Positions 7,718 to 17,961 of a DNA stretch of 64,000 nt are shown piece by piece. This DNA is from a virus (lineage: Duplodnaviria; Caudoviricetes), in IMG/VR virus record IMGVR_UViG_3300021185_003947. One strand, 5' to 3'. Position 1 is the first letter of the stretch. Every line of letters starts with the position of its first letter. The notes under the pieces were generated by a model. The model was not told where the DNA came from. It made no database searches and worked only from the letters and a program-made list of their open reading frames with translations. Made by a program: the position numbers and the translations under genes.

Positions 7718-8942
7718 TTATTAAGCTTTCTAGAATGTTTAACACACTTTCACTATCGTCATGAGTACCACGTCTAATAGCTCCCTTGACACAATTTCTA
7801 GTAAAGTCCAATGGATATCGCTTGCCTTCTTTATCCATTCCCGTATTGATTAAATATACATTGCATTTATTATCATTAATTTTACTCATTAGTAAATCAC
7901 TATAAACATGTATCGGTCTTGGCATAAAAGGTGAGCCATAGCATGGACTAAAGAGTGGCTTGATTTCTGTTGCTCCCTGCTCAGTTCCGGGCATTTGGCT
8001 TGTGTATCCAGTTTCAAAGAAACGTCGTACAGTCTCATCAGAAATTTTAGATACCGGAGGAAACACGCCTTTCGCATCCATAGTAAGAAAAAAGATATTA
8101 GTTGGATGATTAAATTGTTGAGGTTTATGATATGCGTTTTCAACACAAGTAATTGGATAACTTAATCTTGCATTTGGTACACCTGGATTTTCTACAACTA
8201 AGCAATCTTCTGATCTTGCTTTTTCTACTGCATCAAATATAGTCTTATGTGTCTCTGGTGTTAATCCTTCACTTTTTGCGTAACAACCAGTTTCTATCAT
8301 TTCAATTCCATCGTGATTCCAAGATACTTCGTCATCACTAATTAATCTATAATCCGGATCGCTACTAAGAGTAGTTTTACCAGTACCACTTAATCCAAAC
8401 ATTAAATTAGTTGTATCATTATATGTAAAGGCACTACAATGCATTGGTAAAATATCATATCTTGGTAGTTCAAAACTAACTATACCAAATATACCTTTTT
8501 TGATTTCACCTAAAAATGTTGTTCCAGCAATTAACATAGTTTTAGTATCAAGATTTACATAGATTTTTGGTTCATCGACCTTTAATTCTGTGTTATGCCA
8601 AATCGTCCAATCAGAATCATGTGCGCTATGTGGATAAACTTGAGGATCAAACCCATCAGGCAATACATCAAACATATTCTTAACAAATTGCTCATGTCTC
8701 GCATCATTAGTAATTATTTTAAATCTGATATTACATGTCTCAAGGCATAAAGGTTCTTTATAAATCAATTGAGATATTAACCTAGGCATCATCAAATCTG
8801 CAAGTTGAAGAAAGTCTTCCATCTCTCCAACTTTATAATACTTTGGTCGAGTCTTATCTAAACACTTTGTTTTTTCTCCAAAAAAGTATTTATTTTCTGG
8901 GCTTCGGCCAGTTGGATTTGTTGTAATATTAATATTTGTCAT
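7710..8942 (-). CDS. pckA: Phosphoenolpyruvate carboxykinase (ATP), compact form
   Basis: [22 protein letters not shown]-loop [33 protein letters not shown]. 410 aa versus about 540 aa in cellular PckA. Confidence 0.9.
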   Translation of the reverse strand: MTNINITTNPTGRSPENKYFFGEKTKCLDKTRPKYYKVGEMEDFLQLADLMMPRLISQLIYKEPLCLETCNIRFKIITNDARHEQFVKNMFDVLPDGFDPQVYPHSAHDSDWTIWHNTELKVDEPKIYVNLDTKTMLIAGTTFLGEIKKGIFGIVSFELPRYDILPMHCSAFTYNDTTNLMFGLSGTGKTTLSSDPDYRLISDDEVSWNHDGIEMIETGCYAKSEGLTPETHKTIFDAVEKARSEDCLVVENPGVPNARLSYPITCVENAYHKPQQFNHPTNIFFLTMDAKGVFPPVSKISDETVRRFFETGYTSQMPGTEQGATEIKPLFSPCYGSPFMPRPIHVYSDLLMSKINDNKCNVYLINTGMDKEGKRYPLDFTRNCVKGAIRRGTHDDSESVLNILESLIND

Positions 8943-11530
8943 CCAAAGAAATCCTCTAATGTTGCTCTATCTTCAACTGACCAGCCAACAGCATCAAGAA
9001 TTGGCGTGAGCGGTTCAATAAAAGTTTTATTAAATTGTATATCATAGTTTATATATTTATGAAGATTAAGCTCAGGTGGTAAGTATTCAGGAAAGGATAT
9101 GACATTTTCTTTAATAGGATTAGGCATCTTAAGATAAGTAAATTTAATCTTTTCACCATTTTGTATCATATCATATTTCTTATTAAGAGCTTTGTCTTTA
9201 ATTTCATGATTATATAAAAGAGAACCACGAACATGAATTGGTGTACCCTTTTTATAAATTAAATTTCTATCTTGCCATTTGGATACTTCTGAAACGCCAC
9301 GAGGAAATGATACTTTTTCAGGAGGTAATGATTTAAATTCTTGTCTAAAGTTATCTATAAACTTACGAGTTGCAAGTTCAGATCCAGTAACGATTATTTT
9401 AAAAGCTTCTTTAAATTTATCACGAACTACTTCGGGAGTACTTGATTTAATAGCTTCAATCCCCATGATTTTAAGTTTTGGTTCAGCGTATTGTACACCT
9501 TCATTATTATGTACATTGAGAATATATCTTTTCTTTGCTGTCCATATGCCACGATCAGCTATAACTTCTCTACCCATTTCCATACGAGGAGTATAAGCAT
9601 TTAATCTATGAAATAATTTATCATATGACTTAGCAATTATGGGTTCGAAGTGTGTCTTACAAATTTTGTCCAATGCTTTAACAGAGTCCTTTGGCGCCAG
9701 TTGAGCAATAAGAGGACCAAAATTAATGTAGACTGAGTCAGTGTCAATAGCAATAACATAATCTTTTCCTTTAGTTTTAAGTATTTTATTCATTTCAACA
9801 TTGATAGCTCTTTCAGCCCACTTTATTGAAAGTTGACCAGTAAGAGTTACACTTTCGGCAAGAGCATTATCAAAATATTTAAAATACTTATTTGCCATTG
9901 CGCCATACAAAGAATTAAGTAGAATCTTAATAGCCATTTGATTATTTTCTAGCTGATTAATTTCTGACTCAAGAGCTGTATTTTTTGTTTGCTCATACTC
10001 TTGTTTTACTTTAAGCATTTTTTGTTTAATTACACTACGTTCAGCATAGTATTCAACAATTAATTCAGGAATAATACCTTGCTTATTTTTACTAAATGGA
10101 ACACCACTTGCACATATAGAATACTCATCAGAAGCAGCCTGACCATCAATAAAATAGTGATCAACACCTTGGGTATATTCACCAAATGATTTATCTTTTA
10201 CAAGAGTTTCAGGAGATATATTAGATTGAACAATTATGTTTGGATATAGAGAATTTAAATCAAATGATACGACCCAATCATGTGAACCAACATGTGGATC
10301 TTTAACATAACCTCCAGCAATTGCGTGAGATTTTTGTGGTTCACGGGTACGATCTAAATTACCAGCTGGGTTTTTCTTTGAAGTTTCAGTAGCTCCATGA
10401 ACAGCATACATACATGGTTTAATCTGTTCAATTGGTGATATTACATTATTTTTAAGAAGTCTTCGATAAATGATTGATTCCCATATTGAAGTTGTACCCA
10501 TTGTATCACCAAGATTAACACCACCTTTATATGCCATAGTCAATCCAAGATTAATAAGACCCATCTTTTGATCAATACGGTCTACAAGTTGAACATCTTT
10601 AATATTATAGTCAATAAACTTTTGATGGTCAGCTTTATATAAACTGTGAAGATTACCATGTTCTTCATAAGATAATTTTTTTTCATTGAGGACTGTATAA
10701 GCAATATGGTCAAGCTTATAAGATTCTTGAGCGCCATATGAATAACCAAACTTTTTGAATAATTCAATATAGTCTGCGGTTTGAATACCAACTAATTCAT
10801 AACTATACTGAGTACGACCCATCTTAGTTATTTGTCTATCATTAACTAGCTTCCATGGAGAAAGTTTATTGGCTGCTTCTTCAGTACCAATATTTTTGAT
10901 ACGATTTACAAGATAAGGAATATCAAAGAAACGAATATGCCAACCTGTAATAACATCTGGATAATTGTTTACCCAATAGTGTAAAAAGGAAGCTAACATA
11001 GCTTTTTCAGTATCAAATTTATGATACTTGATTAGATCACCATTCATTTCTAATTCTGTTTTATTTGTATCGTATTCACCTAAACCCCACACTTCGTAAA
11101 TAGAAGATTTACTAGATTTAAGAGCAATTGATATAATAGGATATGCTGCTTCTTCTGGAATAGGAAAACCATCATCAGATGCTACTTCAATATCAAAATT
11201 AACAACGTTAATGTGATTTTGATTAAAATTTATATTATCTGGAAATTTATCTGTAATAAATTGTTGGATATAGTTTCGAGTGCCATAGACTTTAACGCCT
11301 TCCATTTCTTTATAAGTTTCAAGAAAATCTTTTGACTCACTCATTTTTTGAAATTTAATAGCATTTAGATATCCACCATCGAAAGAACGAAATTTTGTGG
11401 GTTCTTTCGATGGCAAATATTGTGTTGGACCGAATTTAATACGATCTTCTATTCGAGTACCATTTTCAGTATAGCCTCTATATAAAATAGTATTACCATA
11501 CCGATTAACTGATGTGTAAAAATTATTCAA
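8939..11530 (-). CDS. 43: Family B DNA polymerase
   Basis: FDIEV (ExoI), [48 protein letters not shown]. Confidence 0.97.
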   Translation of the reverse strand: MNNFYTSVNRYGNTILYRGYTENGTRIEDRIKFGPTQYLPSKEPTKFRSFDGGYLNAIKFQKMSESKDFLETYKEMEGVKVYGTRNYIQQFITDKFPDNINFNQNHINVVNFDIEVASDDGFPIPEEAAYPIISIALKSSKSSIYEVWGLGEYDTNKTELEMNGDLIKYHKFDTEKAMLASFLHYWVNNYPDVITGWHIRFFDIPYLVNRIKNIGTEEAANKLSPWKLVNDRQITKMGRTQYSYELVGIQTADYIELFKKFGYSYGAQESYKLDHIAYTVLNEKKLSYEEHGNLHSLYKADHQKFIDYNIKDVQLVDRIDQKMGLINLGLTMAYKGGVNLGDTMGTTSIWESIIYRRLLKNNVISPIEQIKPCMYAVHGATETSKKNPAGNLDRTREPQKSHAIAGGYVKDPHVGSHDWVVSFDLNSLYPNIIVQSNISPETLVKDKSFGEYTQGVDHYFIDGQAASDEYSICASGVPFSKNKQGIIPELIVEYYAERSVIKQKMLKVKQEYEQTKNTALESEINQLENNQMAIKILLNSLYGAMANKYFKYFDNALAESVTLTGQLSIKWAERAINVEMNKILKTKGKDYVIAIDTDSVYINFGPLIAQLAPKDSVKALDKICKTHFEPIIAKSYDKLFHRLNAYTPRMEMGREVIADRGIWTAKKRYILNVHNNEGVQYAEPKLKIMGIEAIKSSTPEVVRDKFKEAFKIIVTGSELATRKFIDNFRQEFKSLPPEKVSFPRGVSEVSKWQDRNLIYKKGTPIHVRGSLLYNHEIKDKALNKKYDMIQNGEKIKFTYLKMPNPIKENVISFPEYLPPELNLHKYINYDIQFNKTFIEPLTPILDAVGWSVEDRATLEDFFG

Positions 11531-11553
11531 AACATTCCTCCGTCATTGGAGTA

Positions 11554-11582
11554 ATTATAACATAATATAGAAGTAATGTAAA
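11554..11582 (-). promoter_or_regulatory. Early promoter of the DNA polymerase gene
   Basis: TTTACA-N17-TATAAT, then GGAGGA RBS. Confidence 0.8.
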
Positions 11583-11585
11583 CCT

Positions 11586-11807
11586 TTAATCTTTCTTCGA
11601 GACAAAAGAATACATTTCTTTGGCCTTTGCCATCATGTCTTCAACTGAATACATTTTGTAAGCATCCTGCAATTCTACCATATTTTTTTGACCTTGATCA
11701 TACATATCAGTTGCAAGTTGAATATTCATTTTATATTGCTGATCCATATAGTCTTTAGCCATTTGAAGCATTTCAGCTCTAATTTCAAAGGGGTTTTTCT
11801 GTGTCAT
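11586..11807 (-). CDS. Hypothetical protein (73 aa)
   Basis: AAGGA RBS; coherent helical ORF. Confidence 0.65.
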   Translation of the reverse strand: MTQKNPFEIRAEMLQMAKDYMDQQYKMNIQLATDMYDQGQKNMVELQDAYKMYSVEDMMAKAKEMYSFVSKKD

Positions 11808-11841
11808 GTGTGTGTTCCTTTTATATTTGTGTTAAAAAGTT

Positions 11842-11866
11842 AAAAAGGGCATTTCTGCCCTTTTTT
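11842..11866 (-). terminator. Rho-independent terminator after the hsp20 operon
   Basis: GGGCA-GAAA-TGCCC followed by a T run; A/T tails on both sides. Confidence 0.8.
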
Positions 11867-11867
11867 G

Positions 11868-12050
11868 TTAGCTACGCAATTTTTGTATTTCCATCATACA
11901 TTTTCTCGATTCCTCGTAATATCCCATTCGTGCGAGTTCCGCCGCTGCCTTGGAATATCCCATTGTCAAGTTGAAGCGTTCTAATGCAGACCAAAATCCC
12001 GACAATGGCGAAAATATAGTAGATGCTATACTTGTTGCCATTAGCTCCAT
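11868..12050 (-). CDS. Hypothetical protein (60 aa)
   Basis: AAAGGA RBS; overlaps the DUF1127 stop. Confidence 0.55.
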   Translation of the reverse strand: MELMATSIASTIFSPLSGFWSALERFNLTMGYSKAAAELARMGYYEESRKCMMEIQKLRS

Positions 12051-12319
12051 CCTTTTAAATTAGGATTGGATGATGGTTCGGAATAACGATGGTTTGCTCT
12101 TCGAACAAATTCCCAGTCACCTCGTGCAATTGCTTCAATATCACCTCTTGTGATACCAATATCACGCAATTCTTTATCATTTAATGATTTAAGTTCATTA
12201 CGTGTTTCTCTAACACCGTTTCTAAATTTTAGATGCTTCCAAAATGAAGATAGTGATTCAATAATTAGTTCAATTGCTTTCGTTGAGTAGTTGTGTGCTA
12301 TTAATATTACTTGTGTCAT
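12041..12319 (-). CDS. DUF1127 (YjiS-like) small protein
   Basis: R.TRNELKSLNDKELRDIGITRGDI signature. Start moved to MTQVIL (GAGG RBS). Confidence 0.8.
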   Translation of the reverse strand: MTQVILIAHNYSTKAIELIIESLSSFWKHLKFRNGVRETRNELKSLNDKELRDIGITRGDIEAIARGDWEFVRRANHRYSEPSSNPNLKGWS

Positions 12320-12740
12320 TTGTTTTCCTCGTTTGACCAATATTGATTTTACGAGGACGCATTTCTTCTGGTATTTCATACTTCAATTCTACTGCAAGTA
12401 TGCCATCCTGAATATCTGCTCCGTTTACTTGAACGTGTTCAGACAATCGAAAAGTACGTTTAAACTTCTTGGTACTAATACCACGATGAATAAAGTCTCT
12501 TCCTTTGCTTACGTGTTCTCCTGTTATCATTAAAGTTCTATCTTTAACTTCAATTGATAATTCATCTTTTGAAAAACCAGCAACTGCAAGTTCAATAAGA
12601 TACTCGTGTTCAGATGCTCTAATAATATTATGGGGTGGATAATGATCAGCTGCGTGACGAACGGTATGTTCCATTTCATTAAACAGATGATCGAATCCTA
12701 CAAAAGATGATCGCGGAAATAGTGTTTGTATGCCTGTCAT
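12270..12740 (-). CDS. hsp20: Small heat-shock protein Hsp20 (IbpA-like)
   Basis: VGFDHLF, YPPHNI, IELAVAGF, HRGIS..KFKRTF.L, A...DGIL.V.L, P...I. Start at ATG 12740 with GAGGAG RBS. Confidence 0.93.
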   Translation of the reverse strand: MTGIQTLFPRSSFVGFDHLFNEMEHTVRHAADHYPPHNIIRASEHEYLIELAVAGFSKDELSIEVKDRTLMITGEHVSKGRDFIHRGISTKKFKRTFRLSEHVQVNGADIQDGILAVELKYEIPEEMRPRKINIGQTRKTNDTSNINSTQLLNESN

Positions 12741-12827
12741 TTTGGTGTTCTCCTCTTCCAAGCAAGAATGTTCTGGGACCAGATTATTCTGCATCCCTCC
12801 GTCTTTGGACAATTCCTACGAATTGCC
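12738..12827 (-). promoter_or_regulatory. ROSE-like RNA thermometer in the hsp20 5' UTR
   Basis: Three hairpins (12808-12827, 12775-12797, 12748-12768). The last pairs UUCUU(G)CUU with the SD-containing GAGGAGAA and leaves the G of UUGCU bulged. Confidence 0.75.
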
Positions 12828-12886
12828 TCTATAGTATATATAGTACTTTATTTAAAAAAGTAAATAGGTTATATCAAAAAAAAATA

Positions 12887-13300
12887 TTATTTTCGACCAA
12901 TATTATACTTTGGACATAATTCCCATTGGCCTTTATCTTTAAAAGAAATTATTTTAATTTGTCTTAAAGGTGCAACTGGTAAAGCTTTTTGAGGATTATC
13001 TATCGTAATCAACCCCCAGTCGGAAATTAATGTAGCAATTGTATTTCTTCTAGATATATCACTTTCTTCAAGAGTCGATTTTTTACCATCAAGTAAAAAC
13101 AATTCTTTAAAATGGACAACAAAATATCTACCTTGTTTATGTAATATATGACAAGATTGAAATAATTTTTTTTCTTTTCGAGATGCAACGCCAATGCGTG
13201 TAAGAGTTTCTCTAACTTTTAGAAAATCATCTGGATCGTTAAGAGTAATCTCCAACATAGATTCAGGAGACCAGTCTACTAAAGTAGCTTCTTCATTCAT
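12887..13300 (-). CDS. regA: Translational repressor RegA
   Basis: DDFLKVRETLTRIGVAS, LFQSCHILHKQGRYF.VHFKELF.LDG, IKII..K.K..W.L..KY.IG. Confidence 0.96.
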   Translation of the reverse strand: MNEEATLVDWSPESMLEITLNDPDDFLKVRETLTRIGVASRKEKKLFQSCHILHKQGRYFVVHFKELFLLDGKKSTLEESDISRRNTIATLISDWGLITIDNPQKALPVAPLRQIKIISFKDKGQWELCPKYNIGRK

Positions 13301-13355
13301 TTTTTCAACTCACTTTTAATATATTCTATTCACGATAATGTACTCATGATAGATA

Positions 13356-13363
13356 TATTTATA
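13356..13363 (-). promoter_or_regulatory. gp55-type late promoter upstream of regA
   Basis: TATAAATA on the minus strand in the intergenic gap. Confidence 0.6.
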
Positions 13364-13375
13364 CTAATTAAATTT

Positions 13376-13756
13376 TTAGCGGGTTTTACCACCTTTACTA
13401 ATTAATGAATGAATTTTTTCTAGGTGATCCTTCGTCATCAATGGAAGAACTTGATACGCTTTTGCTTTTGAATATCCATAATATTCTTTAATAGCATCAA
13501 TATCTTTTGACTTATCTTCTTTAGTCCATTTAGAAAACCTTTTTCTTTTACGAACAATTTCAAGATAAAAGTCATACTGTAATCTACTATCAATATGAGC
13601 ATTTAAATTCATCTCATTTGCCATTAACACAGTATCATTAAAATAAGATAAACTACGATTTATCATAAAAGCTGGATAATTTTTTTCATCTAAATCATCA
13701 TTCATAATATCTTGTTTAGTTGTATTAATACTATTAAGATAATCAAAAGGACTCAT
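13376..13756 (-). CDS. 62: Clamp loader small subunit
   Basis: PFDYLNSIN, YPAFMINRSLS, QYDFY, RKRFSKW, IKEYYGYS. Confidence 0.92.
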   Translation of the reverse strand: MSPFDYLNSINTTKQDIMNDDLDEKNYPAFMINRSLSYFNDTVLMANEMNLNAHIDSRLQYDFYLEIVRKRKRFSKWTKEDKSKDIDAIKEYYGYSKAKAYQVLPLMTKDHLEKIHSLISKGGKTR

Positions 13757-14337
13757 AATGCTTGCGCCAATGCTTGAATTCTCATGACATCTACAGAAAT
13801 ATCATGTTTTGGATCATGATGAATAAATTTATCTGCTACATCAGCTGGCATAAATTTATTATTTAAATTAGATCCCCATGCCATGCCATCAATAAGAGAC
13901 CGTGTATCTCTTATGGTCCACCAAGGATATGGTGTAACTTGATCAGTGTCTTTCATTAAAAAATCAAAAAAGATTGGATCAAATGTATTACCTCGAGTAT
14001 AAACTTTTTTAAGTTCATCTGGTCTATTTTCAACAAAGAAATCATATAGTTCAGTAATAGATACATCTTCAGTAGATGGTTTTAACTGATATTGAGCTTC
14101 TTTCGGTTGGTTTTTCCACCAATCAATAGTGCTTTGCTGAACAGATCGACCATATTCTTTAACCTGTTCATCAACATTAAATTTAATCATGTGACAATTC
14201 TTTAACAGTTCTTCATACAAATATGGTTTACTAATAAATCGAGATTCATCAAATGAAAGCATAGCAAATGAAATTACTACACCTTTAACTGGATCTTGTG
14301 ATAAGGTTTCAAAATCGTATACAACTGCATTATCCAT
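13753..14337 (-). CDS. DEDD 3'-5' exonuclease (DexA-like)
   Basis: YDFETL, RGNTFD, RDTRS and HD..HD.S.D motifs. Confidence 0.8.
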   Translation of the reverse strand: MDNAVVYDFETLSQDPVKGVVISFAMLSFDESRFISKPYLYEELLKNCHMIKFNVDEQVKEYGRSVQQSTIDWWKNQPKEAQYQLKPSTEDVSITELYDFFVENRPDELKKVYTRGNTFDPIFFDFLMKDTDQVTPYPWWTIRDTRSLIDGMAWGSNLNNKFMPADVADKFIHHDPKHDISVDVMRIQALAQAL

Positions 14338-15281
14338 TATTGGAACTCCACATTAGCCATTAGCTCTGTCATACATGCTACCACATTTAATTCATGGTCA
14401 GCAACAAAAGCATGTTTGTATTGATAGTCTGCAAGAATAAGAACAACCTGTGGTACAGAAGCTGGTTTCATATGGTTATTCATACGATCGTAAATTCCAC
14501 GAAAAATAGCTGAAGCATCGGTGTCAATATTATTAACAACCCAGCTTCTCATTTTCTTAAAATCTTTTTCTTTAATATATTTTAAGAGTAAGTCAATTTC
14601 AGTAACAGAAGAACTAGAAGAACCACTACTACTAAAACTACCACCCACTGATCGTCTTTGAAGTTCATTTAAAACTCTCCTCCAATCTGGAGCATGTTTC
14701 ATAATAATATTAACAAGATCTTTTTGGTCATATGTAATATTTTCTTGTTCAAGAATATTACGAGCATGTTTAAAAAAATCTTTAGCTAATTCGCTTAGAT
14801 CTTTCTTTGAAGTATTAAATTCATATACACCACATCGAGAATGAAGTGGTTCAATGATACGATTCTTAAAATTACAGGTTAAGATAAACCGACAATTGTT
14901 AGAAAACTCTTCAATAAAAGCTCTTAAAGCCGGTTGAGTTGATTGAGCGTTTAAGTAATCAGCTTCATCAAGGATGACTACTTTGTAGCCACCCTGTAAA
15001 GATAATGATGAAGCAAATTGTTTTATTTTACCACGAAGGGTATCAATGTTACCTTCTTCAGAACCATTCACTAAAATGTAATCTAAGTCAAGAGAATTAC
15101 ATAACGCTTTTGCAACAGTAGTTTTGCCAAGACCAGCACTTCCTGTAAATAACATGTTTGGAAGTTCACCGGTCTTAACAATTTCTAAAAATGTTGATTT
15201 TAGTTCAGAAGGTAGGATAGTTCGTTCAATAGTTTGTGGGCGATATTTTTCGACCCACAGAAATTCATTATCAAGATTCAT
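14337..15281 (-). CDS. 44: Clamp loader large subunit (AAA+)
   Basis: WVEKYRP, G.AG.GKTT, ILDEAD, SRC. Confidence 0.96.
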   Translation of the reverse strand: MNLDNEFLWVEKYRPQTIERTILPSELKSTFLEIVKTGELPNMLFTGSAGLGKTTVAKALCNSLDLDYILVNGSEEGNIDTLRGKIKQFASSLSLQGGYKVVILDEADYLNAQSTQPALRAFIEEFSNNCRFILTCNFKNRIIEPLHSRCGVYEFNTSKKDLSELAKDFFKHARNILEQENITYDQKDLVNIIMKHAPDWRRVLNELQRRSVGGSFSSSGSSSSSVTEIDLLLKYIKEKDFKKMRSWVVNNIDTDASAIFRGIYDRMNNHMKPASVPQVVLILADYQYKHAFVADHELNVVACMTELMANVEFQ

Positions 15282-15305
15282 TATATAGTCTATCCTTATT
15301 GGAGT

Positions 15306-15500
15306 TTACTCTTCTTCAGCTTCTTCTTGTTTAAACGATTCGACTACTTGTACTGCTTGAGCACATTGATCACGTAGTTGACCAATTGTGGAAAGCTCTT
15401 CGCCTCGAAATCCACCACGCTGAGTAATAGTATCAATAATAGCAATAGAAGATCGAGAGATCTGATTCATTAGATCATAAGATTTTTTGTGGTCGGCCAT
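15306..15500 (-). CDS. Hypothetical protein (64 aa)
   Basis: Packed between gp45 and gp44; I.D....RG.F.GEEL..IG.LR pattern. Confidence 0.65.
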   Translation of the reverse strand: MADHKKSYDLMNQISRSSIAIIDTITQRGGFRGEELSTIGQLRDQCAQAVQVVESFKQEEAEEE

Positions 15501-15503
15501 AGT

Positions 15504-16187
15504 TTATTGTTCTCCATAAGTTGATGTTTTTTCAAGTGCAATCCAATAATTCATTGAATTTGCTGAGTTAGTAAATTTAGAAATTAGTTTTGATGAAATT
15601 TCAACGTCGTAATCTCCGGCTAAAACTTTAATATTAGATATATTAAATACAAGTTTATATATACTCTCGTTAGACTCAACTGGTACTGAAATAGAATAAG
15701 TATTTGCTGTTTTATTTTCTACAGTAGTTACAGTTAAACTTGCTAGACCATCGCCATCTGGCTCAATAACTAGTTCATTATGGCCGAGTGCAGCTGCAGC
15801 TCGTTTAATTCTACCTAGTGTAGTATTATCAAGTGTGAAGCTAATATCATGAGCTGGCATTTTGACATCTTTGGTAACAGTAGTAAGCATATCGACATCG
15901 GCATATCTATATTTAATTTTAGATCTACCACTTGAATCAGCAATCGATACATATTCTTCATGAAATTCTAGTTGAGGTGAATCAACTAAGTTGAGTACGC
16001 CAAGGAATTCACTTAAGTCGTAAATGCCAAAGCCTTTTGGAAAGTTTTCTACAACTTCAGCTTTTGCTAAAAGATTTTTAGCTTCTGCAATTGTCTGTAA
16101 AGTATAACCTTCGTTGATAACAATATTCGAATTAATTGCTGAAAAATTCTTAAGAATTTGTAGAGTATTTTCAGTTAGTTCCATCAT
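15504..16187 (-). CDS. 45: Sliding clamp
   Basis: T..ILKNFS.IN, FGIYDL.EFL, Y.IALE C-terminus. Confidence 0.95.
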   Translation of the reverse strand: MMELTENTLQILKNFSAINSNIVINEGYTLQTIAEAKNLLAKAEVVENFPKGFGIYDLSEFLGVLNLVDSPQLEFHEEYVSIADSSGRSKIKYRYADVDMLTTVTKDVKMPAHDISFTLDNTTLGRIKRAAAALGHNELVIEPDGDGLASLTVTTVENKTANTYSISVPVESNESIYKLVFNISNIKVLAGDYDVEISSKLISKFTNSANSMNYWIALEKTSTYGEQ

Positions 16188-16212
16188 ATATTCTCCATTT
16201 TGATATTAGACT

Positions 16213-16241
16213 ATTATATCATATTTTAGTAATAATGTAAA
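16213..16241 (-). promoter_or_regulatory. Early promoter of gp45
   Basis: TTTACA-N17-TATAAT. Confidence 0.78.
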
Positions 16242-16245
16242 CAAT

Positions 16246-17961
16246 TTATTTGACTTTACTAAAATTTTTATCTTTATAAAATTCAAGTTTTTCTTTAAAC
16301 TTGCCGTCAAGAATTTCTCCTTTATGTGATATTACAAAAACATTAGTATCATCATCAAGTGTATGAAGTATTTTCATTAGATTGTCTACACCATCATGAT
16401 CAAGAGAGCTATCGAATGTTTCATCAAGTATTAGAAGATTTGTTGCAACTGAGTTTTTCATCTTAGCAATTTGACGCCAAGTAAAGAGAAGTGCCAAATC
16501 AATTCGTTGTTTTTCTCCTTCTGAAAATGAATCATATGAGAAGGCATCACGATGACGAGAGCGAATTGTTTCTTGGAAACTTTCATCTAGATTAAAATGA
16601 ACAAAGAAATCTAGAACCTGAAGATACTGATTAACCAGTTTGTTGATAACAGGAATATATTGTTTGATGACCTTCGTCTTAATTCCAGTATCTTTAAGCA
16701 TTTCACTCATAACACTATTGTAAGAATGTTGCTCATTTAATTCAAATCTTGATTCCATATATCCTTCCATTTTAGTTCGCATATCAAGTAGATCAGAATT
16801 AGCAGTAGAAAGATCACCTTCTCTTGATGTCAGTCTAGAAATATCATTATTATATTCACTAATTTGGTTTTGGTATATTTCTATATTTTGATTATTAGAA
16901 TGTAATGTTGATTGTTTTTCTCTTATTTCTTCGTGTACTTTTGTCCATTTATCTAAATTTTCTGTTATCTCTTCGGCATGTACCTGTAATTGATCCATCT
17001 TCTTTTTAATGTCAACCGCTTCGGTTTTGAGGCTATCAATTTTCCCTTGCTTAAAATTCGGTTCAATCGCCTGTGTACAGGTAGGACAGTTGTCATTCTC
17101 TTTGTAAAATTTTGAATTGATAACGATGTTCTTAATGGAAGATGATGCTGTAGCCTTATCTGACAAAATGATCTGTTTTTTATCATTTGCTGTTTTGAGG
17201 GCCGTGGAACATTTTTCGGCATACTCTTGAATAAAAGATGAAAGTTCGGAATTAGATAATTGTAGGTCTTTGATGATCTCTTGTACTTCTTTAATTTTTT
17301 CTTCTTTATCATTGATCTCATCCGTGTTAATTTGAGTTATATCTCTAATATATTTTTTTTGAGATTCTATTTTATTTTTTACAATGTCCAATTTATAATT
17401 TAATTCTTTAAGATTTTCTTTTAATATAGCATTTTTTTCTTTAATAAGAATATTCATTTTTGAAAATATATTAATATCAAGTAAATCTTCAATCACATCT
17501 CTTCGATGTTGAGCTGGCAACTGCATGAATGGAATAAATGAACTGCTACCAAGAACAACAATTTGATGAAATGATTTATGATTTAATTTAAGAAGATTTT
17601 GTTCAAGTATTTTTTGATATTCTTTAGCATGTGATGATTGATTTAATAATTGATCATTACGCCAAATTTCAAATATTCCAGGTTTAATTCCTCGTACAAC
17701 TTTATATTCGTATTTACCAATTGTAAAGTTAACTTCAACAATACAATCTTTATTATTAATAGAGTTTACCAATTGAGGTTTATTAATATTACGATGAGGT
17801 TTTCCAAACAACGCAAAGGACAAAGCATCTAGCATAGTTGATTTGCCAGACCCATTATGACCAACAATTAATGTTGAAGATATTTTATTTAAGTTTATTT
17901 CTGTCCACTTATTACCAGTTGATAAAAAGTTTTTCCATCTAAGATTTTTAAATACTATCAT
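16246..17961 (-). CDS. 46: Recombination endonuclease ATPase subunit (Rad50/SbcC-like)
   Basis: G.NGSGKST, CPTC zinc hook, FSEGEK, LILDE.FDSSLD. Confidence 0.96.
   Translation of the reverse strand: MIVFKNLRWKNFLSTGNKWTEINLNKISSTLIVGHNGSGKSTMLDALSFALFGKPHRNINKPQLVNSINNKDCIVEVNFTIGKYEYKVVRGIKPGIFEIWRNDQLLNQSSHAKEYQKILEQNLLKLNHKSFHQIVVLGSSSFIPFMQLPAQHRRDVIEDLLDINIFSKMNILIKEKNAILKENLKELNYKLDIVKNKIESQKKYIRDITQINTDEINDKEEKIKEVQEIIKDLQLSNSELSSFIQEYAEKCSTALKTANDKKQIILSDKATASSSIKNIVINSKFYKENDNCPTCTQAIEPNFKQGKIDSLKTEAVDIKKKMDQLQVHAEEITENLDKWTKVHEEIREKQSTLHSNNQNIEIYQNQISEYNNDISRLTSREGDLSTANSDLLDMRTKMEGYMESRFELNEQHSYNSVMSEMLKDTGIKTKVIKQYIPVINKLVNQYLQVLDFFVHFNLDESFQETIRSRHRDAFSYDSFSEGEKQRIDLALLFTWRQIAKMKNSVATNLLILDETFDSSLDHDGVDNLMKILHTLDDDTNVFVISHKGEILDGKFKEKLEFYKDKNFSKVK

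Noticed and set aside
12828-12870. Promoter for hsp20
   Set aside because: TTTACT and TATA-like boxes are present but the spacing does not fit the 17-nt family, so it could not be placed with confidence.
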